Assembly (NCBI GenBank): GCA_038231455.1
Contig: JBBRLI010000014.1
Coordinates: 19,153 to 83,152, forward strand
Direction of reading: 5' to 3'
DNA length: 64,000 nucleotides
DNA from: Vulcanimicrobiales bacterium
GTDB taxonomy: Bacteria; Vulcanimicrobiota; Vulcanimicrobiia; Vulcanimicrobiales; Vulcanimicrobiaceae
Shown: positions 58,239 through 64,000 of the stretch, piece after piece
Layout: each line of letters opens with the position of its first letter
Position numbering within the stretch: position 1 is the first letter of the stretch
Translations under genes and position numbers: made by a program
The notes under the pieces: model-generated
What the model saw: the letters and a program-made list of their open reading frames with translations, nothing else
The model's database searches: none
What the model was told of the DNA's origin: nothing

Positions 58239-58327
58239 CGGTTCTGCGTCCGGACGCTACGTCGCTGGACGCTCGCGACGATCAGGCAAGGATCGGCGGC
58301 CGCAGGTAGGGGGTCGTCGGTATTCAC
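58235..58327 (-). CDS. Candidate 30-aa leader peptide (uORF) coupled to the CNNM gene
   Basis: GTG..TGA = MNTDDPLPAAADPCLIVASVQRRSVRTQNR; stop overlaps the CNNM ATG (ATGA). Confidence 0.45.
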   Translation of the reverse strand: MNTDDPLPAAADPCLIVASVQRRSVRTQNR

Positions 58328-58337
58328 AGGCGGGCCC

Positions 58338-58348
58338 ATTATACCACA
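58338..58348 (-). promoter_or_regulatory. Internal extended -10 promoter
   Basis: TGTGGTATAAT overlapping the dgkA stop, 10 nt upstream of the uORF GTG. Confidence 0.6.
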
Positions 58349-59094
58349 GTGCGTCCATGCACCATCAAAAAGAGCACATAGCTCACGCCGGCGCCCAGCA
58401 CGCTCCCGAGGATGACTTCGCGCGCCGAGTGGATCCCCGCCTCAACGCGGACCTGGACGACCAGAAAGGCCAGAAACAGGGCCAGCGCCGCGATCAAGGC
58501 GCTTCCGCTCAACAGCGACACGAACGTCGCCGCGGCGAACGCGAGGGCCGCGTGGCCGCTCACGGCGCCGCCTTGTAGCACCGAACCGCGCCCGACCCAC
58601 GCTTTTGCGACGACCGTTGCAATCGAGACGACGACCATCGAAATGAAGACGGCGTTGGCCGGCAGGTTGAGCGCCGCACGGTACACCCGGTCTCCGCCCG
58701 CAAGAATGCCTTCGTAAAACGTTAGATAGCCGACGATGACGGCCGCGCACGCGACCACAAGCACGGCCCCGGCCGCCGTATCTTTGGCGATTTTGGCGAG
58801 CGGATGGTGCGCGACGGTCATCAAGTCGACGACCGATTCGATTGCCGTGTTGATCAGTTCGAACGCCAGAACCACGGCGACCGTAATGACGATGCCGATG
58901 ACATACGGACGTTGCAACCGCAGCACCATCGTGAGGACCAAGACGATCGCGGCTGCAAGCAAATGCAGACGCATGTTGCGCTGCGATTTTGCGGCGTAGA
59001 TGATCCCCGCGAACGCGTAGTGGAACGGCGCCCAGAAACCGCTCTCGTGGACGAGTTTGACACCGGGCGCGGGTTTGGGATGCGGCTGTTTCAT
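58339..59094 (-). CDS. dgkA: DgkA-type diacylglycerol/undecaprenol kinase fused to a PAP2-like domain
   Basis: QRNMRLH, ELINTAIE..VD, AKIAKDTAAGAV; C-terminal SGHAALAF, RVEAGIHS..EV. Confidence 0.88.
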   Translation of the reverse strand: MKQPHPKPAPGVKLVHESGFWAPFHYAFAGIIYAAKSQRNMRLHLLAAAIVLVLTMVLRLQRPYVIGIVITVAVVLAFELINTAIESVVDLMTVAHHPLAKIAKDTAAGAVLVVACAAVIVGYLTFYEGILAGGDRVYRAALNLPANAVFISMVVVSIATVVAKAWVGRGSVLQGGAVSGHAALAFAAATFVSLLSGSALIAALALFLAFLVVQVRVEAGIHSAREVILGSVLGAGVSYVLFLMVHGRTVV

Positions 59095-59143
59095 CGGCAG
59101 TCCCAGCGAATTTTCCAGTTGTACGGGGGGCCGCCTGCCGGAG

Positions 59144-59596
59144 CTAATACGGCCAGGGCATGCCGATGGCAGTTGCGAGCCGTCGTTCCTCGCGCTCCAT
59201 CTCCGCGCGTTCATCCGGCTCTTCGTGATCGTGTCCGAGCAAATGGAGGATCCCGTGAATGAGCAGTCGCTGCACTTCGCGATCGAGCGTGGCATCGTAT
59301 TCAGCCGCTTGGCGCTGCGCGGTATCGACACTGATGACGATATCGCCGAGCAAGCGCTCTGTCTCGCCGTTGCCCGCATCACCCGCTTCATAGAGCGGGA
59401 AGCTCAACACGTCGGTCGGTTTGTCTTTGCCCCGATACGTGCGATTGAGTTCGCGAATCTTGGGGTCGCGCACGAACGACACCGACAGGCTCGCATCGTC
59501 TTCGCCGACAGCCGCGAGCAGGTCGTGGATCAGCGGTTCGAGCGCGGTTGTATCCAGGCCGCTCTTACGCGTCGCGTTGGTCAGATAAACGGGCAT
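59144..59596 (-). CDS. ybeY: rRNA maturation endoribonuclease
   Basis: LN..YRGKDKPTDVLSF, LGDIVIS, HGILHLLGHDH. Confidence 0.95.
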   Translation of the reverse strand: MPVYLTNATRKSGLDTTALEPLIHDLLAAVGEDDASLSVSFVRDPKIRELNRTYRGKDKPTDVLSFPLYEAGDAGNGETERLLGDIVISVDTAQRQAAEYDATLDREVQRLLIHGILHLLGHDHEEPDERAEMEREERRLATAIGMPWPY

Positions 59597-60515
59597 AGGC
59601 CGTGATGATTTTCCCGACGAGCGGGTGACGCACGACGTCGCTTGCATCGAGCGTCACGATCCCGATATCGTCGATGTCGCTAAAGAGGCGCGGCACATCG
59701 ACGAGACCGCTCACCGATCCGCGCGGCAAATCGATCTGTGTTGCGTCGCCGTTAACGATCATTTTCGCATTGGCGCCAAGACGCGTGAGAAACATCTTGA
59801 GCTGTTCGCGCGTCGCGTTTTGCGCCTCATCGAGAATCACAAATGCGTCGCTGAGCGTGCGGCCGCGCATATACGCAAGCGGCGCAACTTCGATCACGCC
59901 GCGTTCGAGATATTTCGCAACGGTTTGATCGTCCAGCATTTCCGCAAGTGCATCATAGAGCGGACGCAGATACGGATCGACTTTTTCTTTGAAGTCGCCG
60001 GGCAGAAAGCCCAGCTTCTCGCCGGCCTCGACGGCCGGACGCGAGAGGATGATCTTGGAGATCGAACGCGCTTTGAGCGCGCGCACCGCCATCACGATGG
60101 CAAGAAACGTCTTACCCGTGCCGGCCGGACCGATCCCAAAGGTGAGCGTGTTTTGCTCGATGCTCGCAACGAACGCACGCTGACCGGCGGTCTTCGGGCG
60201 AATTTCTTTTCCGCGCGCGGTTTGGATCAACGTCGGCGGAATCGAGGCGGTAAGTGTCTGCGCGGCAAGCGCCACATCGTCAGGGGTTACTTGCGCACCG
60301 CGCTGGGCAGCGGCGAGCATCGCCTGGAGGACGCGCTGTGCACGCTGAACGGCTTCGCGTTCGCCGCTCACGAGCAGATGCTCGCCGTTCATGCGTACGA
60401 CGACGGGGATCACGGCCTCGAGGGCCGAGAGATTTTGGTCGTATTGGCCGCAAAAGCGGAGCGGGTCAGAGAGGCCGGCGAGTTCGAACGCCTGCTCGGT
60501 CGTTACGCTTGCCAG
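59565..60515 (-). CDS. phoH: PhoH-like ATPase; probable CTG start at 60515
   Basis: GPAGTGKT, RPAVEAGEKLGFLPG, LAYMRGRT, DEAQN, VVRHP; upstream in-frame GQYDQNLSALE. Confidence 0.93.
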   Translation of the reverse strand: MASVTTEQAFELAGLSDPLRFCGQYDQNLSALEAVIPVVVRMNGEHLLVSGEREAVQRAQRVLQAMLAAAQRGAQVTPDDVALAAQTLTASIPPTLIQTARGKEIRPKTAGQRAFVASIEQNTLTFGIGPAGTGKTFLAIVMAVRALKARSISKIILSRPAVEAGEKLGFLPGDFKEKVDPYLRPLYDALAEMLDDQTVAKYLERGVIEVAPLAYMRGRTLSDAFVILDEAQNATREQLKMFLTRLGANAKMIVNGDATQIDLPRGSVSGLVDVPRLFSDIDDIGIVTLDASDVVRHPLVGKIITAYARLSDQRDA

Positions 60516-60571
60516 CGGGTTACCTTGGGGATACGCACATCCTTTAGAACGCCGCAGCGAGCGCGAGAGTT

Positions 60572-60922
60572 CTAACGCAGCGATTTTGGCGGCCCGAGAA
60601 CCTCACCTGCGACGATGGCCCCGAGCAGCCCCTGGGGGCTGCGGAACTGCTGGGCCCACGGTGCAAGTGTAGGCGCCTCGGCTGCCGGCGGTTCGTTTTT
60701 TGGGCGTTTTGGAATAGTCGGGCGCCGCACGTCGATCGGCGATTCGAGGACCGCTGAGGGAGCCTGAACCGGCGCTGGTGGGGCATCCGCGAAAACGTTG
60801 GTTGTCGCTGTCGGCACGATGAAGCGTTTTGCGGCGCGCGCTGCGACCGCGCGCGATCCACGCGCGCCGCCAAAGAGCGAGCGCATGAAATACGCGAAGA
60901 GTTGCCCGAGCAATTCGTCCAT
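60572..60922 (-). CDS. Hypothetical protein (YqfB-like position)
   Basis: Between floA and phoH; C-terminal AIVAGEVLGPPKS. Confidence 0.65.
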   Translation of the reverse strand: MDELLGQLFAYFMRSLFGGARGSRAVAARAAKRFIVPTATTNVFADAPPAPVQAPSAVLESPIDVRRPTIPKRPKNEPPAAEAPTLAPWAQQFRSPQGLLGAIVAGEVLGPPKSLR

Positions 60923-60925
60923 CGG

Positions 60926-61921
60926 CTATTTTTGCGGCGGCTGCGGAACGTCGCTTGGATTCACGCCTTGACCGATTGCGCCGCGCATCTCGGTATCGGC
61001 CTTGATGTTATTGAGTTTGTAGTAATCCATAATACCGAGATTGCCGTTGCGAAACGCCTCGGCGATGGCTTGCGGAATCTGCGCCTCCGCCTCGACAACT
61101 TTGGCGCGCATTGCCTGCGTTTGCGCCTTTTGCTCTTGTTCTGCGGCTTGCGCGGCGTACTGACGTTCGGCGGCTTTGGCTTGCGCGATGCGACGGTCGG
61201 CTTCGGCCTGCGTCGTTTGCAATTCCGCTCCGATGTTCTTGCCGACATCGACGTCCGCAATGTCGATCGAAACGATTTCGAATGCGGTTCCCGCATCGAG
61301 GCCCTTCGCCAGGACGGCTTTGGAAATGCGGTCGGGATATTCGAGCACTTCTTTGTGGTCGACGGCGGCACCGACGGCAGACACGACGCCTTCACCGACG
61401 CGCGCGACGATCGTCGATTCGCCCGCACCGCCGACGTAGCGGTCGAGGTTCGAGCGCACGGTGATACGCGCTTTGACGTTGAGCTGAATGCCGTTTTGCG
61501 CGACGCCTTGGAAGATCGGCGTCTCGATCACGCGCGGCGTGACCGACATCTGGAGCGCTTCGAGGACGTTACGTCCGGCAAGATCGATTGCGGCGGCGCG
61601 CTGCCACGCAAGTGGAATCTGCGCCCGCTGCGCGGCAATCATCGCAAGCGTGACGTTCTCAACGTTCCCGCCTGCAAGGATGTGCGACTGCATTTGATCG
61701 ACCGTGAGATCGAGACCGGCTTTGCGCGAACGCACCAGATTCGAGACGATGATGGAGGCGGGCACCCCAATGATGCGCATCCGAATGAGCGAGCCGATCG
61801 AGAGCGGCACGCCCGCAGCGATCGTGCGGATCCAGAGACCGAGCGGGAAGTAATAGAAAAACAGGAACACGCCGACGATCAAAGCGACGACGATGACACC
61901 GAACCAGCCTAAGACGAGCAT
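60926..61921 (-). CDS. floA: Flotillin-like protein FloA (YqfA)
   Basis: [52 protein letters not shown]. Confidence 0.95.
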   Translation of the reverse strand: MLVLGWFGVIVVALIVGVFLFFYYFPLGLWIRTIAAGVPLSIGSLIRMRIIGVPASIIVSNLVRSRKAGLDLTVDQMQSHILAGGNVENVTLAMIAAQRAQIPLAWQRAAAIDLAGRNVLEALQMSVTPRVIETPIFQGVAQNGIQLNVKARITVRSNLDRYVGGAGESTIVARVGEGVVSAVGAAVDHKEVLEYPDRISKAVLAKGLDAGTAFEIVSIDIADVDVGKNIGAELQTTQAEADRRIAQAKAAERQYAAQAAEQEQKAQTQAMRAKVVEAEAQIPQAIAEAFRNGNLGIMDYYKLNNIKADTEMRGAIGQGVNPSDVPQPPQK

Positions 61922-61936
61922 CGAACTTCCTTTGGG

Positions 61937-63235
61937 CTAAAGCCCATCGATCGGTTGAACGAAAATCCTTGCGCCCTCGACGCGCGTTACGCGAACGGCA
62001 GATCCAGCCGAGACAAACTCGCCCTCGGTGAGCACGTCCACGCGTGACCCGCCAATACTTGCGACGCCCGCCGGGCGCAGGAACGACTGCGCGTAACCCG
62101 TTTGTCCGACGAGGTCGTCGTGACTTGCGCTGGCGACGTACTCGGGGCCTTGCACACCCACGAAGACCAGCCGCCGCATGAACGCGCTCTCGGGGTAAAT
62201 TCGCGTTGCGATCGTAAAAAAGATCGCGGTGAGCACGATTGCGACGGCAAGCGATTGCATCGCAACGAAAAAGAACGGCAGCCCAAAAGCCAGCACGACC
62301 GCACTCAAAAGCGCGACGACACCGAGCCCGCCCGCAAGACCGTGACCGGGCAATACGTGCAACTCGAAGAGGATGCCGACAAGGCCCAGGATCGCAAGTC
62401 CGACCACGAGGCCGTTAGAAAACCCCGCGTACACGTGCGTTCCAAAGAACAGGGCGAGCGATGCAACGCCGATCGTGCCCGCGATTCCGTGCAGCGTCTG
62501 CATCTCAACGAGCAGCCCGAGAAATCCGAGCGTGATCAGAATGCCGCTAATCTGCGTATCGGTCGCAAAACGCGCGACTTTCTCGGCAAACGAATACTCG
62601 CCATTCACAACGCGCGCCTTCTGGAAACCCCAAGCACCGAAAGCAGCATCACGCGATGGTGCGATTGCATCGATGAAATGGGCGCTCCGCGCATCGTCGG
62701 CCGTCAGCGAGAGAATCGCGCCGGAACTCTTGTACGGTGGAACGTCGAGTTTTGGGTCTACCATGCCCGCGGCGATTTGCGTGTTGCGATGAAAGCGGCT
62801 CGCGGTCGATTCGAATTCGGCGCGCAGCGCAGAGATATTTTTAACCGTATTCGGAATCGGCTCGGCGGCGCCGATGCTCGAGCCCGGCGCCATTACGATC
62901 TTTTGCGCGGCGAGCGTCACTAAAGCACCGGCCGACCACGCGCGCTGCGAAACATAGGCATAGACCGGCACGTGCGATTCGAGGAGGGCATCGCGGATCT
63001 CGGTGCCCGCCTGCACCAACCCCCCGAACGTATTCACATCGAGCACGATCGCTCGCGCATGCTGCGCCTGCGCCTCGGCCACCGAACGCTCGACCAGATG
63101 TGCCATGCCTTCGTCGATTTGACCGTGGATCGGAATCACATAGACCGCATCGTCCGAAGCGCGCTGCGCGAAGGCCGGAAGCGCAATTCCAGCCACACCG
63201 AGCACGAGCAGAACCAAAGAAAAAAGGCGGCCCAC
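61937..63235 (-). CDS. NfeD/YqeZ membrane-bound serine protease
   Basis: NTFGG, AWSAGA, GAAEP, TM bundle, C-terminal LRPAG..DV.TEG; RBS AGGAGG before GTG 63235. Confidence 0.9.
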   Translation of the reverse strand: MGRLFSLVLLVLGVAGIALPAFAQRASDDAVYVIPIHGQIDEGMAHLVERSVAEAQAQHARAIVLDVNTFGGLVQAGTEIRDALLESHVPVYAYVSQRAWSAGALVTLAAQKIVMAPGSSIGAAEPIPNTVKNISALRAEFESTASRFHRNTQIAAGMVDPKLDVPPYKSSGAILSLTADDARSAHFIDAIAPSRDAAFGAWGFQKARVVNGEYSFAEKVARFATDTQISGILITLGFLGLLVEMQTLHGIAGTIGVASLALFFGTHVYAGFSNGLVVGLAILGLVGILFELHVLPGHGLAGGLGVVALLSAVVLAFGLPFFFVAMQSLAVAIVLTAIFFTIATRIYPESAFMRRLVFVGVQGPEYVASASHDDLVGQTGYAQSFLRPAGVASIGGSRVDVLTEGEFVSAGSAVRVTRVEGARIFVQPIDGL

Positions 63236-63265
63236 GCCGCCTCCTACCATGCTACAAAGGAAAGG

Positions 63266-63709
63266 TTACGCCGAGGCGAGTTCCTCGGTGACGATGGTGC
63301 GAACGAGGTTGCCGTCGACACCTTTGACCTGGGGCATGACGATCTTCATGATCGCACCCTGATTCCGCGCTTCAGCGGCGAGGCTGCCGACGGCGGTTTT
63401 GACGATCGCGCGGACTTCATCGGGCGTTTTCGTCGCCGGTAAAAATTCGGATAGGATGTCCCGCTCGACTTGTTCCTTGTCGGCGAGTTCCTGACGGCCG
63501 GCCTTCACGTACTCGGTGATGGAATCGTTACGCTGTTTGACTTGCTTGCGGATCGCATCGAGCATCTCTTCATCGCTCAAATCGTGCCCCGCTTCGACGC
63601 GCTTATACGTGAACGCCGAAAGCGCCGAACGCAGCGTATCGAGTTTGACCTGATTGCGGGCTTTCATCGCCTCTTTAAGGGCGGTCGAGATATCGTCTTT
63701 AACGCTCAT
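63266..63709 (-). CDS. yqeY: GatB/YqeY domain protein
   Basis: AMKA, KQVKQR.DSI, AGRQELA.KE, FLP, G.IMK, DG..V. Confidence 0.92.
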   Translation of the reverse strand: MSVKDDISTALKEAMKARNQVKLDTLRSALSAFTYKRVEAGHDLSDEEMLDAIRKQVKQRNDSITEYVKAGRQELADKEQVERDILSEFLPATKTPDEVRAIVKTAVGSLAAEARNQGAIMKIVMPQVKGVDGNLVRTIVTEELASA

Positions 63710-63727
63710 ATCGTGATCCTTACTGAG

Positions 63728-63758
63728 AAAAAAACCCCCGGGGTCTGCCCCGAGGGTT
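63728..63758 (-). terminator. Intrinsic terminator downstream of rpsU
   Basis: AACCCTCGGGG-CAGA-CCCCGGGGGTT followed by a T-run on the minus strand. Confidence 0.75.
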
Positions 63759-63803
63759 CGTCATCGAGGGGGTTCGGCCGCGCGTAGGCGCGGCTGAATC
63801 CAC

Positions 63804-63974
63804 TTAAGCGCGACGCTTGCGGGCGGCGGCAGACTTCTTCTTGCGACGGACGCTGGGCTTTTCGTAGTGCTCGTGCTTGCGTGCCTCTGCGAGGACGCCA
63901 GCCTTTTGCGTGGCTTTCTTAAAACGGCGCAGTGCGGACTCGATGGTCTCGCCTGGTGCAACGCGTACTTCCAC
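63804..63974 (-). CDS. rpsU: 30S ribosomal protein bS21 (56 aa, absent from the ORF track)
   Basis: [64 protein letters not shown]. Confidence 0.96.
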   Translation of the reverse strand: MEVRVAPGETIESALRRFKKATQKAGVLAEARKHEHYEKPSVRRKKKSAAARKRRA

Positions 63975-64000
63975 TATTCAACCCTCCCTTCGCAAGGCGC

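Noticed and set aside
1-64000. CRISPR array, IS elements, prophage
   Set aside because: No regularly spaced repeats, transposase, integrase or phage structural genes recognised

Overview
GC-rich bacterial chromosome segment with no integrase, transposase, prophage or CRISPR array recognisable. The Terrabacteria-type gene order (rpsU-yqeY-nfeD-floA-phoH-ybeY-dgkA-cdd-recO; ruvX-mltG-DUF1292) suggests a lineage such as Ca. Eremiobacterota, which is an inference only. Contents: a PaaX-linked, BoxB-centred aromatic-CoA catabolic cluster; icd; corrinoid salvage genes (btuF-like, cobS, cobT, cobC-like); a tungsten-type aldehyde:ferredoxin oxidoreductase with moaD and two moeA; pckA; a nfeD-flotillin-pspA operon with a frameshifted flotillin; hmgA; a two-component pair; three EAL proteins; six tRNAs and tadA. 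Main signals the ORF track misses: (1) an orphan PrdB/GrdB-like selenoprotein split at an in-frame UGA (UxxC) with a SECIS-like hairpin, apparently co-transcribed with tadA; (2) a 30-codon uORF with its own extended -10 promoter and a hairpin, coupled to a CNNM/CorC metal transporter gene; (3) repeated apparent use of non-canonical start codons (ATC, ATT, CTG, GTA); (4) a histidine kinase with a degenerate GGDEF-like input domain. All family assignments come from motif recognition by eye, not database searches.
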